64,000 nucleotides of DNA from Raillietiella orientalis (GCA_036172245.1 JAYWIR010000003.1:2914001-2978000), one strand, 5' to 3'; counted from the first letter of the stretch, positions 1-14,613 are shown. The notes: generated from the sequence alone by a model not told the origin. Made by a program: numbers and translations.

Positions 1-299
1 ATAAAGGAAAACAAAAGCTTCTTACATGTAGTAAAAGCTGTCCACGTCCTCTACAAATGGCATCACCATTAGGATCCATCATGAAGGTGATGTTTTGCTA
101 ACGGCACGATCTGGTGTCGAGTTTCCAACTCCAAGATGTGGAAAGCTTTCACGACATCACATAATTTAAATGGAAGCACGTAGCTGCAACACATGTAAAA
201 TGAACACGCATTCGTACACCTTTCTGCACTCTGCGGGCATCAGTGGAACGAAACGCACATAGAATCCATTGCTTTTCGGAGGCCTATTTGAAAAGCTTT

Positions 300-1130
300 C
301 CCCATCGTGAACGTTGCCTATAAAAATCCGTCAAGATTTTCACATTCGCAGCCAGTCATCAGGTTGAAGACTGAGATGTGAGCCCGATCTCTTCCTGGGG
401 TTTGAGTGCTGAGAATGACACCGGGAATTGGATTCGACGGGCATACGCGAACATGGGGGGAAGAAAATCACTTTTCAAGCCTATGCAGTGTGAGGATCCC
501 TCGTTGCGAAACATCCGGATCGAGGGGAAACTGTCCTGAGTTCGTCTGCATCGGGCTTGGGGGCATTTCGTACTTAACGGCAACCTCCTTCGGTTCGCTG
601 ATGACGGACTGATCCACATGGGGTCGCGATTCAACCCTTTGCCTCTGAAGGCACCGCTCGCCGGATCCGACTGCTGACCGTCTGTGCAGGAAGGTGGGCA
701 AGATGGGAAGAGTCCCTAAGCCACATCCTCAACAGATGCGCCAACAGTTGGACTGCGACCACGGAGAGGCATGGCGCGTCGAGGACCTGGATCAAGAAGG
801 TCATTCCATCCAGACCATGCCGGGAACAAACTCGAAGGTTAAACCAGATTTTATTGCTACGAGAAGAAGGGAAGGCAGTCACACTGGACATGGTTTGCCC
901 TCACACGTATGCACCAACAGCGCGGGAACAGACAAGGCGGAAGGAGAGTGAGTATCGAGGATTGAATCCCAGCATCGACTCCAAAGCAATGCCCGCTGCT
1001 GTAAGTAGGCTCAGCTGCCGCAGAATAGCTGGGATCTTGGGTTTCAACAAGTGAGGCAATGAAGATTCCTAAAGAAACAGCCTCATGCATAAGAAAGGGT
1101 TGTTGCCTTCGAACACGGAACACCCCCCGT
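300..1130 (+). mobile_element. Degraded 3' part of an RLE-type non-LTR retrotransposon (Utopia/NeSL-like)
   Basis: Frameshifted translation gives HFVLNGNLLRFADDGLIHMGSRFNPLPL (cf. Utopia HF..G.F.RFADWRFIHRARLNL.PL), the knuckle RLCRK..EESLSHILNRC..TTERH, then KPDFIA..KAVTLDMVCP..RRKESEY (PD..D..K restriction-like endonuclease). Several stops and frameshifts. Confidence 0.75.
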
Positions 1131-1459
1131 TTGCCTAATGGGAACGTGAGGCGTGCTGCCTCACGTAGGGAAAGAACCGCAGGATAGGGCAGAAGAAGCT
1201 GGTGGAAGCTCTCTCTTCCACTTGTTCAGACACCTTTTCACTACAACACTATGTGTACAAAATTTGAATGAAAGCAAGCACCTTCGGTGTTTTGTCAATG
1301 ATCATAAGAATGAGCTGAAATGCTGAATTTTAAGACTCGAAACTTTAAAGGAAAAGCATTTACATTTACACACGTAAAAGGTAATGTACAAGTGTGAATG
1401 TAAAAGTAACATGTGTAAGTGCTAGTGCTCTCGACTCGAGGGCGCTCGAGGGTAAGATC

Positions 1460-4400
1460 ACTTAAATTCTCGTGCTTTGAGACTTCTCAAAAGCTGGCCA
1501 AAATGATCACTCCATAATCCATCAATGCATCGCTTTCTGTATAGCATATCTTCCGAAAAAAGGTATGCTCTCGCCTTCAGAGATACGAATTCTGGAAAAC
1601 GTCCACAGTAATCAACGAGGCAAAACAACCGTAAAGAATTCGGACTCTGCATCTCCTGTTCCATCCTCAGCTTCTTGGTAAGCTACCCAACACTTGTAGG
1701 GTGATTCTTCTCAGTATTCGAGTCTGAATTTAGTAAGCATTTCCTCTGCTAAGACATCGATTCTCCAAGGACCAGGTGAGATGATGACTCCACTCTGCGT
1801 TTGTGCACAACAAACCCTGTTCTGAGAACAACCTCTGATTCTGAGTAAGCGGAATCTCTCTTTTAAAAGTGCTGGGCAATTCTCATCGAACAAGACACTG
1901 AGGACCACACGCACCGGCTGCACATGTAGTACGTCTCCAGCTAGGTGCAAGTACAATGTAAGATCTTTGGGTAGAAAATCGAGGGAAACCGGGACGTATC
2001 TTGTGACTGAAGAAATTCGGAAATGGCAAGTGAGAAAACGCATCGAATTGGGAGGATCTTAAAGCTCATATTGTCGATCGTTTTCAAGGGCTCCATCAAA
2101 TGTTGCAAAAACGGCTGTTAAGAAAAGTGCCCCACCTTCCAGAAAACAAAGTTTCACCAGTGGTCATAGTTGCATTAGGAAATCGTTACCCAATTCATTT
2201 GCAATGCCTAAGAATTCCGAGTTCGGAAAAACTCTCCCCTACATCATTTGCAGCCTTACACGCGCAGGAAAGGCTGTGGAAAATCTTAGGCTTTCTCGTT
2301 CTTTCTGAAGCTTTGTGAAAGCTGACAGTGAAAAAGAAGCAGCCTCGAGAGTCCATCCTTGTCATTTAGTCATTCAAGACATGGTTTGTAGTTCATGTTA
2401 ATGAATCACTGCTGCCTACGAATGAGAGGTATGAAACCTACCTAATCTGTTGCCTACCTCCAGAACTGTGTTACCGATTCGCCGAGTGATGGTTTCCGGA
2501 CTCTTGCTGGAACTTACCACTGTCTGTGATGCAGTAATCGGAAATTCAGTTTCCGCTTTCTGGAATCTGTTCGTGAACTGCTGGAGACTCACAAAAGCAG
2601 GGGAGACCATCCGAAAATTTCTATGAATGCACAAATGGTGGTGTTGAAAGAAAAACAATTGCCATGGCTGCGGAATATGAATATTTACACGAAAGAGTGG
2701 TTGAAAATGGCAGAGTCGTACTCTCGGCCTTACAGTTCCACGATAGAGATATGAATGGGATGTTGCCTAACTAAGAATGCTATTCTCTTTTAGAAACTGA
2801 GTATGCGCTTGTCCTCTATCTGGAATAGGAATCTAGGTAGCATCTCTAACCTCAGACTAATCGCTTCATTTGGAATCGAATTTGGGAATTTTTTCATTCT
2901 CCATGTGGCAAAAGTCAATCCTTAATATTGATGCAGAAATGACAATCCTCTATTCCATATCCTGTGGTTTGGAGTGATACAGCTAAATGTGGAAGCAAAC
3001 ACCTCGAAAGGTCGTAGGTTGACTTTTAGATCAGCAATCTGCCCTCTTTCGAAGTCTTAGTTTTCCTCTGAAGCAACAGAAAAATGGAATGCATGCAAAA
3101 TAGGAGGAAATTTATGTGATTTTCACTAAGAGGCATCTGCATTAGACCTACTCCATCATGTTGATCATGTTCCTATTCCCAATTTTAACTTTCGTCACCC
3201 GCCTTCCTGGGTTGCTATGCTGACCTCGGGACTGCACAAAGCTGTTTAAGCTTCTAAAATAATCAATGCGATGCATTACCATATCGGTGAAATTCGAATG
3301 ATGAAGTAACAAAGAAGCATCAGTGAGTTTTTGCATTTGCTCTGTCTTTCAAGGCTTTGGGGGAATTTGGCTTATTTCAGTTGGGGACCTGTGGATTATC
3401 TTTACGTCTGAACTTGGATAATAAACATTCAATTGATCTTGAATTGAATGCATATTTATCCCGCACTCAAACTCGGGGAAAGCAGATAGAAGATTGGGAC
3501 AGGGCAGCTGATTCTAACTTTATCTCACAGGCATTGATTCTTGAGCATATTTTCTTGCTATCACCACCATGTGGACTACTACATGTATTTATTTCCTTAT
3601 TCCAGTGGGGAAGCTTCGATTCCTTAGGTGATCTTCATACCAATTAGTTCAAACGGAATCGATTGCTACTATGGCGATGAAATTCTTTGAAGCAAAAATA
3701 GCAAGATGCACTTGTTCCCAAAACACACCCTGTTTTCTAAAGTGGATCCATATTACATCATCTGATTTGGATGCGAATCCCCAAGTCATCTCCAGAGCAG
3801 CAGGACTCGATAACTTTTTTGTTAATGACTACAAATTGGTGAACCTTTGGATATTCTAAGCCAACAATAAATTCCAGCAGCACAAAAATTCATCCCGAAA
3901 ATCTTCATGCACGAACGCGGATTTTGTTGACTTCCGTTATCTTTTATTTGCATGATACTTTACTAAAACCGTCATCTCAAACTTCCACAGGTCCTCAGTG
4001 CCTTCTTTATCATCTTGGAAGAGATCATTTCCAGTAAATCAGTGATCATGAAATGTGAACATAGGAGGCATTGGGAACTCATAAATTTACCTGCATTTTC
4101 CAATGATGAACATCATCACTTGTTTGTTCGGTTCCCTAGACGTGATGCTGCATCTTCCATCAGAATCTCTGAGCTGCTCTTACTGTCCTGCATGCAGGTG
4201 GATGAAGGAGTCCAAAGAAAAAAACGCTTGAGCAGAGTTTGGAGAAAAGAGTGTTGCAGGAGGGCGGAGTATATGATCTTCTGACTCCTGTTTGCAGGAT
4301 CACACGTCAAATCGAAACTGGAGCAGAGTCTCAGGCAGCCTGATATCAGGAGCTGGGGTTTTGCTTTGCATAGAGAATCTGCCAAAGCTGACTCTCATCT

Positions 4401-4700
4401 CTTTCACTGTGCAGATCTTCATTGAATCACTAAGTGATGCTCTCTCGCTGCTTCTTCGCACCTTCAAGTTACCTATGAAGAGACCAATGACGAAGCAACT
4501 TCTTTATTGACTGCAAGACTCATTTTGCTGATCACTGCTGTTGTATGGTGGTGGGAAGGAAGCTGTGCACACATTTGGACTTTTCCCATGAAGCTCTCAA
4601 CCTCCTGAGAATCGCTCCATGGAATGCAGTCACCCATTCTTAGCATGCGATTGCACACTCGCGAAAGCGCACCTTTTCTCTTTTATTCATCTCACGTTCT
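1460..4700 (-). mobile_element. Highly decayed L1/Tx1-type LINE ORF2 remnant
   Basis: Minus-strand remnants in the expected order: FHDH..LWKFEMTVL (cf. APE SDH..WKLN.SLL), HSNPGRR (cf. KSPGPDG), GWSPLLL (cf. GCPLSPLLF). Many stops. Confidence 0.45.
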
Positions 4701-6599
4701 GTCAATCGCTTTTACGTTTCCTCTGGAATAATCCCGATGCGCCTTCTCACCCCTCTGCCTTTTAGCAGCTCCTCTTCATATTTCGAAACCGAAATACATG
4801 CTGAGAATGGCTCGATCACTAAACTGCTTGGTGATCAACGAAGGATGAATGATGTACTCGCGGAACTGCCTATTGTGAAGCATTCACGTTTTAACACACG
4901 GGGATGCTCGTCAAGTGAACACAGACGTGGAGAACATTCGCATGCATGTTCTGAACATGCATCCCTAAGCGGTAAGAGTGTTTCGATTCTGAGACACTAG
5001 TAGGAATGAAGTGAACGCCGGAATCCTACAGAAAAGCACGGATGAATCAGATGAACCTCCGGGCTGGCAACCTCCTGCTTGCTGTTTCTGCTTCCTCCTA
5101 TGGTTTCGGAACAGAAATTTTTTGGCTCGCCGGCGAAGTCACAGGGTTTTCCGGAGTGCATGCCAAGCAAAACACGCGTCCCGTGTACGGAAAATGTGAT
5201 GAGATGGAAAGGTGTGCAGAAGATGCGGATATGGGATTCAAGTAGGGAATCTCGAGGATCCTCATTCGACCTCTCTCCGTAAAATCTGATCCGGATTCCA
5301 GCCAGACTCCGCACTGTTAAGGATTCACTTTTGAAGCGAAAGCATTTTCTGAATTTTAGTCATCATTTGTTGCCTTGTAAGTTTCATGATGATACTTAGC
5401 AGGCCAATCTAATAGATTCGTAATAGCAACAAGATAATTTTCTTGGTATGAAGCATTTCTCACTAGCAATGCAACACTTGGAAACACTATCTTTCTTGGT
5501 ATGAAGATCGAAAGCCATTTCACGCTTCCGTACAAGACTAATCCATGTTTTCGATCACCTATTCTAAAAAAAAAAAATTGAAAAAATAAATTATATCCAA
5601 TGTGGTCATTCGTATTATCATATTATAATGGAAATGAGTTTTGCTATTCATAATTTAAAATATGAGATGCATTAGTGGACGTATTCTTGATTCCTTGGAA
5701 AAATCAGCACCGTTCAGATTCGTGACGCCATTATTAATGAGAGGAATCCATCAAATGGAAAGTAATTTAATTCCGGGACAGTAAAAGCTTTTATTTTCTC
5801 ATCCAAGATGATTAATTTCAGCATCAAAATATTGATGAAATTAACTTGAAATTGAAGTTTTTAATCTAGGTTTTTCAGATTAGGATGCTTTTCAAAAAAA
5901 TATCCACTTTGGAAGACTAAATGTCGCATAATGAATCACATTTGTTGTTGATAAGATACCCGGATAGAGCTAATGCGTTATTAAGATGGCAAATTTTGAT
6001 ATAATTTTAAAGTAGAAAATAGCCGAGTCTACTCGAGAATTTGACTCCGCCTTTGCTAATGTAATATTACTAAACAGCGTACGCATAGCGGCTTCTGATT
6101 GGGCGCCGAAAACTTTCAGATCGTTAAGGAGGTATTTCCCCCAATAAGGTTGGGTGATTCGCTTTTACTGCCAAAATGGCAACTAATGATGATGCTGACA
6201 TCTGTTTTCATTCAATAGAGTTTCACTTGCCTTTCAGCTTGAATAGGTGGCAGTATTTTTAAAGGATTCAAACTTCCACTTCGAAATTCGTTAACTTTCG
6301 AAACCAAATTTTGAAATATAAGAAAAAAAAAAAAACTTGAGATCATCGCTCCTGCAAATTTTTAAGTTTTCACTTCGTATATTTTTTTCATCAGAATAAC
6401 CACAAACGAAAGCATATAAAATGCACGATATACGAAGTGGTGTTTTCAGCATGAAACGGTTTTCAACCACAGTTTTGTATGCCCAAGATGGACATGGTAT
6501 ATGAGTTGGAAAAAAAAAAAACCACTCTCATTTCATTAGTAGATATCTAGTGAATCTGCTGCAAATACGTAAGATTTATGATACAACCAGTACATCAAC

Positions 6600-8100
6600 G
6601 AAGTGCACCACTTTGTAGTTCTTTCCATGGAGAATGTGAGCTGTTCACTAGTTGGAAAGCACTTTAGTCTACTGATCCAGTTCAAATTAGAGATGCCAGT
6701 TGTTGTTGTTGTTTTTTGGAATAATGGTCAGCGAAGAGTTGCACTCTGGGAAGCTTTTACTGAAAATCAAATTTTCAACAGAATTTTGGATCCTTCCGGA
6801 GCACTCGTTTTTGGTAAGGCAATCGTATCTCATACCGAAGCTTCGACGTTTCCTTCGTTCTGAAAACTGAATGGAAAGAGCGCTTCTTTCCTTCACTCAG
6901 ATATTCACGAACACTGGAACCTTTGCACTGAAGCATCTTTGACTTAGTGGAAGAGAAGCCAGGGGTGGAAGAGAAGTGTACACTTGAGTTCCATGCTTTG
7001 GTTACGTCATCTTTACTTACATGACAGAGCTACATTATTATACAGATGCCCTGCATATCTTTCTACTCCAGGCTGTGGATTCAGGTAGCACGTGCAATAC
7101 TCTATTAGTTGATTAGAACCCTCGATTCAAACATGTCCTTCTCACGGAATCCAAGGTCAGTATGCTCCCTTGTTTGTTAAACTTTTTGAAATTCTGAGGG
7201 AAGCATCCCGAGGAAGACTAACTAAATAATTTTGTCATAGAAGAGCGGTCACAGCCAAGTGATCAATGCATTTACCACTGCAAGAAAATAAGAGGCTGCT
7301 AGAAAATGGCCGCTGAAAGAACTTTGTGAGAAATCACTCCGTACGGATAGAACTGAGTGCACAAAAACTGTTCCAAACTTGGTGGGCATCCACAGAACAG
7401 CGGAGCTCATACTCAATTTCCTGTCTCCTTTGCTGGTGCTGGAAACGTTCGTTGGATTTGGAGAGAGCAAGAGGGCGATGAACCAAAGGTATACGTTCAA
7501 AAATTGTGCGCATTGCTGTCTTCGACGGACAAAAATAAATACAGGTTTCTCTTATTCTGCTGTAAGCCTCCTTGAAGCATCAGTGGAAGCAGAACTTTCG
7601 TGGAAGGTAGCCAATGCTCTTCGACTAAGCTAAAGGTTTGCTTCTTGAATTTCACTACTGAGATGCTGGCAGGCTAGAAGGAAGGAATGCACCTCACGAA
7701 GCTGGAGAGGGGCAGCAGGACTTGGAATACGCATTCGTAACTGCGTCTATGTGACCAGAACGAATTCTTTGGGAGAATTCACGCAAATCCTTGAGTGTTG
7801 GATCCCTCAAGACAAACAGATAAGAACAATGGCAGATTGGTCCTCCAATTCGCACTGAGGTACTTTCGCCTATAAATGTAAATGCATCTCCACAGACTCA
7901 AGAAGGAAAACAGAAATCTCAGGCAAGACTTCAGCAGAGCTTTCGAGAATGGACTAAGGTCTTAGAGCTTGGGCACGGGTCGTTACGTAGTGATCATATA
8001 GGAAGTTCTCCCTCTCTCTTTCAGAGCAAAGAAGCAATTGAGAATTTCTTTGCATATGTCTTGAAATCGGCTTCATTTTTGAATTCCAAAGTCATTCATC
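6600..8100 (+). mobile_element. Decayed L1/Tx1-type RT fragment
   Basis: Remnants SRTLEPL (cf. LALEPL), ALHIFLLQAVDSGSTCN (cf. post-YADD F...SG..VN) and AGLGIRI (cf. GGLGI) in correct order. Confidence 0.4.
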
Positions 8101-9749
8101 CGGACTGCTGTCTCTACATAGGTCGGTATATGACTCTTGCTGCGCTCGTCCGATTCAAAGGTCGTCTCTTTGATCAGCACATTCTTTATATTTCCGTTTT
8201 TAGAATGTCAAATACGGCTAGCTGTCTTTATTTACTATTACGCAGTCCTCGACCGAATCTAAAGCCTCCTATGGATCCTTTGCTCGCCACTCATCAATTC
8301 GCTGGATGCAGTGTCAGAGTTCATCAGATGCCCTTCGAGAAAACGAATGTTTCTGTTTCTTTGTCCTTGCTTGCTCCTAACCAACCAGTTCCGGTTACTT
8401 TGGTTTGCCCCACTCTTGACCTCCGCTATTGAGAACTTTATAAATGGAAGATACCAACAGACAGTACCGTACCTACTGCTGAGAACTCACTTTCCATTAT
8501 TAGATCAATATGGAGACTGCAAATTCCTGTACAAATGCATCCCTGTCATTTCAAGTGCTCGTAATAACACCTTAAAAACGCCTTAAGTTTCAGACATCGA
8601 ACTCTTGTAAGGAGGTCAATTATCCGATTCAGAGTTTGTTTTCGGTAATCGACAGGTATGCACCATGACCAGTATTGATGGTTTCAGTAGTCATGGGTTA
8701 GAGAAAACCCTTTCATTTTATCAAATAGGGTAGAGATTGCGGCCTTGGTACTGGCTTAGTTTTCGTCTCTCAGAATATCTGCGCTTTGAAACGTCTTGTT
8801 TTGCATGTGTCGGGTTGTACGTTGGGAGGTAAGGGGTTTGGAACAAGCTTGGACAAAGATGCAAAAGTTACCTTGGCGACGTGGAGCGTGGAGTGGCTTC
8901 GAAGCTTGAGGATTGGTAGGAAGGGGGCGAAAGCACCGCTGATAGGTTTCCCAGTTGTCCCAAAACTGCATGACGCCCATATGATCCCTCACCTGAAGTG
9001 CACAAGTAGTTAGTTCTAGGTTGAAATCTGATTAAAGCAACTGTTTCCGGAGAATCAAATTAAAAAAAAAAGCAGCGGCGACAACCATGAATGGAATGGA
9101 ATCCAGTGCACATGGAATCGGAAAAATCGGAAATCTCTTTCGTTCACTCCACAACCAAAATACGAGAACTTTGCGGTGAGTGCTGGCAGCCCTCGTTTCT
9201 CTTGCAGGAAATCCGTCAAGACTTCAAAGGAAGTGGCGTTGTAAACGAGCCGAATGCTTGCATTTTGTTTTGCTTTTTTGCTTTCGAGCATTCGGCAGCT
9301 GTAGGAGAGGAAAAAACACTGAAACGCGCAGCAGCAGCTGTGGAGTCTCCCTGACATCGGTGAAGTCCAAAATCAAATCAGGCCGTGGTGGTGGTGCCAT
9401 CTGAAAGAAAACGCTTTTTTTTTCTTTTTCCTTTTTTTTCGCATTTGTTGCTTTAATTCGCTGCCAGCGAAAGACGTGGAAAAGCGTCCTCTAAGAGCGA
9501 GTATTCTTCTTTGAAGAGAAAGCAAATGGGGAAGCTTTCGCCTTCCGAAGGTCCCTAAAGGCAACCTGTTTTACTGCAGGATTCACGTGGCGGTTTCCTC
9601 GATCGCAGAGCTCCGTTCGTTGCTCGCTGGGCTCCTGACGAGAGGCACGTTGGAATCTTGAGGCAACGGAGGGGGGGGGAAAAAAAAAAAACTCGACTAC
9701 ACGTTGTAACTGGGGCGACCGATCAGAAAATTCCAGAATTGCGCTATTT

Positions 9750-10562
9750 CGTCGTCTTTCCATTTTCTTGGCTTTCGCTGTTTTCCTTTTAGTTTCTGTT
9801 TTGGTTTTGGTTTTCCGGGTTTTCCTTTTTTTAGACCCGCTAATTGCTGAAGGGGGCTCATGAAGCACTTCAACACTGTCTACGCCACCCGAGGGTACGT
9901 GTGACTCTTCAAGTTAGGGGGAAGCAACCCTGCTGGAATCTCCCTATGGATCCAGGAAGACTACGGAGGGAAGAGTCCGTTCCTTTTACTCTTGGCAAGG
10001 AGTCTTGAAGATAAGTTATCATCCTGGTTGTTTCCGAAGGAAACCTCTTCTTCCTTATTCTCTCCGTTGAGACTCCCCGGACACTCATGATTTCTTCTCT
10101 GGAGGGAACCCACCCGCAAAGGAACCGCTCCTGGTTTCCTCCGCCGAAGAGAGCTCCGAAGGGATACTTCCTGATTTCTCTGAAGGATCCTCCCTGAAGA
10201 GAACAACGCTCTTCTTGGACACTCTCGGGACCAGCCAGCGCAAACCACCAGCTCCACGGGACGAGATGGGGGAGGTATGGCTCCATTTTCACAACCGGAG
10301 AGGAAACCCCTAATTGCTTCTTGATTCTTGGAAGAGCCTCTGAGGGTCAACTTCCGAATTCCGGCCGTTTAATGGGTGCATCGGTTAGCACCAGCGCCGC
10401 ACCCGAAGTCTGTTGGTCGATCAGCGTCATCTTGCGTGGGGACTCAAAGCCCACGACGCAGCCCTCCATTTCTCGGCTTCGATTCTCCACGTGGAGGACG
10501 GACGCTCAAAGCCTGGTGCCACGAGCGGAGGTCGTGCAACCAAGCGGTCCTCAGTGCGGGCC
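9750..10562 (-). mobile_element. tRNA-headed SINE-like repeat, copy B (empty target site near 10390-10398)
   Basis: Colinear with copies at 28520, 32272, 48555 and 53418: GCCCGC start, CGTGGCACCA, GCCGAGAAATGG, GATGACGCTG, shared body and A-rich tail AAAAAAAGGAAAACCC..AAAACAGCGAA. B box degenerate in this copy. Confidence 0.7.
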
Positions 10563-10999
10563 GTCGCCGATTCCTCCTCAAGCGGAGGCGCTGGTTTTTA
10601 GGCCGCCGTCCGACGAACGTGAATTTCGTTCCAGTTTGTTTCGCCCTGGGATTCGAACGGTGACTCCTCCCGGTCCTCCCACAACCGCTCGCAGCAAACA
10701 AAACGATCCTGGAGCAGTCTCGCGGGAGAAGGAGGGATTTCCGACCGACCCATCACCCGTGCGCTGATCGGGAGTCAGGTGGGGGGGGGGGGCCGTCCCG
10801 AAAGGCAAGCCATCCGAAGAAGCAGGAGCGGCGCTGACGGACCCTTCCAGCGTCGCCGTTCCCAGCAAGGGGCTTGCAAAAGGAGACATGGACAATGGAA
10901 AGGAGCTTGGACAATGCTGGATGCAATAATCCAGTTTTTCAGTCGCGGACAAAGCTTTGGAATGAAATGGAAAGTTTTTTTACCCTCCGGCGTCCGCTC

Positions 11000-13900
11000 G
11001 GCATCCTTTAGATGGGAAACGTCTTTCGAGTCACTGATCGAAATGATGCAGCCACACCGAAAACTCACCCGTTTGAGCCTGGACTACCCAAGCGTGGTCA
11101 TAAAAGTGAAAAGAGGAACTTTTATATATAAGCGCGTATCACCATAAACCAAATGCACCAAATGTGAAGGCGCCGTGTTGTGGTGTTCCAGAGCGAATCA
11201 AAGCCGACGCATTTGGAAGACCCGAGTTTGAGAAGCTGATCCTTTTGCGTCCATCACCTGGACTCAAAGGTTCTCAGATTGGGTCCGCTTTTTTGTTTTT
11301 TGCTTCGCCAAGTGCCAAAAAAAAAAAGCCTTTTCGGTTTTTTTTTTTTTCAGTCTCGCAGGAGCTTGTCTGCGCCTGTACGAAGTCTCCAACAGCAACA
11401 CTGCCCTAGAAGACGCCCTGAACTTTCCGCTCCTCGACTCGAAAGTCCGACCCCCGTTCCAGGCACCTGCTTCCCGTTTTTCGCACTAAAGCGTTTGGAC
11501 TATCTTGTAGAACACGAACTTCGCCATGCAGCAGCATCCGCCTTCGAGTTAGGAGTCGAATCCGTCCTTTCGTATCCTCGGGAACCCTCTCAGGTACGAA
11601 CCTCCCTTATCTCGCATCGCTACAGAGGGAGAAAGGAACTTATCTCCTCCTTTCCCTAGAAACGGAAAGGTGGAGGAAGGGAAGGAGAGACTGGAAGGCT
11701 GACGTGTTCTAAGATCCCCGTTCTTCAGGCCGAGGACTCGGCGCCCACCGCAAGGATAAGGAAGACGAACCGAAACGTCGTGGTCAAACGAAACCGTTGC
11801 CATAGACACTCTTCTATTCTCGTCTCCGGAAAACGATCAACTGACCGATCCCTCTCAGAAGGCGGCGGTTCTCAGCTGCCGCAGACCCGGTAGTCGGCAA
11901 ATCCTACCGAAGATTGGGACAGTAGAGATCTGCCCTCTCACGTCGAAGGCCACCGGAACGGGAGGATGTTCTGGAAGCAGAGCGCGAACAACCGGCTCTC
12001 AGAACGTCCCCCCGCCCGTGGAAACCGGCCATTTCCGGTTCGCCTGCAGTTCTCGAAGAAGAATGCCCCTGAAGCAAGAGACAGGATAAGGGCTTCCGTG
12101 AAATCACATCTCGAGGGCGTTGTCCTGCAAGAACGACCCTGCGGCTACATTTCTTCTCCCTGGGTATTCCATGCCGCGCTTCCATGTCCGAGATCGATTC
12201 TTTGAGAGTGGATCCTATTGCCGTCTGCGCTCAGTAAGCTTTCGGGACTTGTGAAACGTTGGTTTGAGTTCTCAAGGGTCGTATGGAGAGTGGCTATTTA
12301 CTGAAAGCTTAGCGATTCCTCCCTCACTGGTCAGCCCCAGCCTTCTGAAAGTTTTCACTGCCCTTCGTCGATCCTTGGGTGTAGCGATGGCGAGTGGGCG
12401 TTGCCTAGGGATCCGGCAGTTCGATTTCGAAAATTAGAATTTTCAATTCCCAGGACTACTGCGAGCGGCGCCTCTTCTTCGGAACCCTTCCACGTTCGTC
12501 AGGCAGGCATGCGGAAAGCGCTGAACCCCATGCGTTTTCTCCCTGCTAGCCTTTCCTTTGATGTCGATTCTCCGGGGCGAGTGCGCCTCCCAGAGTCTGC
12601 AGGTTTGTGATGCTTGCGATCGCTCGCAGAAAGCGAGGAGAAAAGGAGTGACCTCGAAAGGCTGCAGCAGCCCCCCCTCCGACGGACCAATAGAACGAGC
12701 ACCTTCCCCGCGAGGTCTACTGCGGCAGTCCCGTTCGTGCAGGTGGAGGAAGAGATCTACCGGGCACGCGAGACCCCCTGTGAGTTCCGGAAACCGAAAA
12801 GCGAGTGCTTGGAATGCTGGAAGGAAGATGAGCAACTGCCCTCACTCCAGAGTGCCGGTAGGAAACGCCGTCCTCTCTCACACGAACTCTGCATCAAATC
12901 GTATCGATCAAGGTGAAGAGGTGGGCGGCAAGTGGTAGCTGTGCTCCCGGAGGGATCGGCGCATGGCGGGCGCGCGGAAGACCAGCAACCTTGCCAGCAG
13001 CGACTCCAAGAAACGCGCGTCACCCCTTGCGGAGGTGGTTCTCGGAGCCGATGTCCCCTTCGGAGTCTTCATCTGTTGTTCCCGGAGTTCCCCATGGAGC
13101 GCGGACTTGCAAACAGCAGGTGGCGAAACAGTCAGATACGCTCTTCCAAATGCCGACGTCTCTCCCCGCGTCCGAGGCGTCGCAGGGACCCACCGTGCCT
13201 CCGAAGGAAGTGCATTCCATTCAGGGGAGGATAGTACGGGAACAGGTGAGGTACTCCTTCCTCCCAGAGAAGGAATAAGGAAGAAATCACATCCCGATTC
13301 GATTGGTGGGAAATTCCCGACCTCCGTGCACGAGAGCGTCCGTGCGTTTTCCTCTGCATCATCCTCGCTCTCTCTCCCTTTCTCCCTTTCGGCCCCAGAA
13401 ATGGCAAGGCTACACGATCTCCGGAATCGTTCCAGATGTGAGCCGCGCGCACCGCCCTTCCGGAAGCTCCTTCCACCGCCGCCACCCGCCAGCAGAGAGA
13501 CGCCCCGCGCGACAGAATGAGCGACGGCCAGGATCCAAGACACTTAGGGGTGACTCGCCAGAAGAGATCAAAGCGGAAGTGTTCCCGCAAGCCCTCTAGC
13601 TTCGGTTCGTCTACTAAACCCCCTTACGAGATGGTGCAGCACATCGCGAAGGGTGGAATCCCCACGGGCGAGAGCCACCCTCGCGTCCATCCGGCCGAGG
13701 GTGCTGGAGCGCAGGAGCGCTCGCGGTGTGCTGATCGCTTCCCGTCCAGAAGACCCGCAGGGGGCGAGGTTTCCTTGCAGCGGACTCCCTCGTTTTCCAG
13801 CTGCTCTCGGATAGAGCGGCTCGTTCGTCCACTTCTCCTCCCATTCCTCCTCCTCCTCTTCCTTCTTCCCCATTCCCTGCGCTCTTGAACAAGGGCTTTC

Positions 13901-14250
13901 CGTGCCTCGTGAACGCCGGCGCAGCATTCCACGTTTCCCTTGGATACGAAAACCACTCTTGAGCGAATCGCTTTCTAAGGTTTTTATTGCAGCTCCCGAG
14001 AGCCAATAAAACGTACGGGAATTTCCTTTTTTTCTTTCGGAAGACTTACAAAAGTGACGCGCGGTGTCTTCTCGCGGGGTGTTCGGGCTGGGAGTTTCGT
14101 CTGAAAGAGCTTCCCTGAGGGAGAAAAGGCAATCGAAGGGAGCAGTACTCTTCCAGGACAGCGCCCTTGTCCCCTGGAAAGGCAGGCAACGTTCCGCACG
14201 GATGGCGCTCATCTCAAAGATCGCCTCATCATTTATTGAAGGGCTGTAAA
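11000..14250 (-). mobile_element. Decayed L1/Tx1-type ORF2 (linker plus RT)
   Basis: RALLRSS..ARGDST (cf. IRSR..GEK.T), IPSLGGRSTSPVP (cf. GKSPGPDG), PKG..DARFLESLLARL (cf. DYKILSK.LA.RL), PFEVTPFLLAFCE (cf. CPLSP.LF.L..E). Confidence 0.6.
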
Positions 14251-14565
14251 ATGGATGCAGAGAAATTGAAAACGAAAGGCTGGAAAGAAGGGAAAAAAAG
14301 AGTGGTCAAGTTTCGCCATTTTTTGTGACCTTCGTTTATGATTATCTGGAGTTTATGGCTTAATGGCTATCCATGAGTCACATACCAAACAACATGGCTG
14401 AGGAGGAAGCGCGCCCTCTACAGGCTACCGCCGCAAGGGCAACCGCTTCGGGCTGGTGATGCGCCGGCCAGCCAGCAAGGTGCGATCTCCCCTCGGCCGC
14501 CACGCCCACGCATGACCTCTCCATTATTTTTTTCAGGATCCCCACACACCATTTACCTCTCCCTT

Positions 14566-14570
<5 letters not shown>

Positions 14571-14613
<43 letters not shown>

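Noticed and set aside
1460..4700. Endogenous viral polymerase or host pseudogene
   Set aside because: Residual motifs fit LINE APE and RT order better; no viral motifs recognised.
5950..6320. Promoter-like motifs (ATTGG, AAGATGGC, TTTGAA)
   Set aside because: Short motifs with no identifiable adjacent gene.
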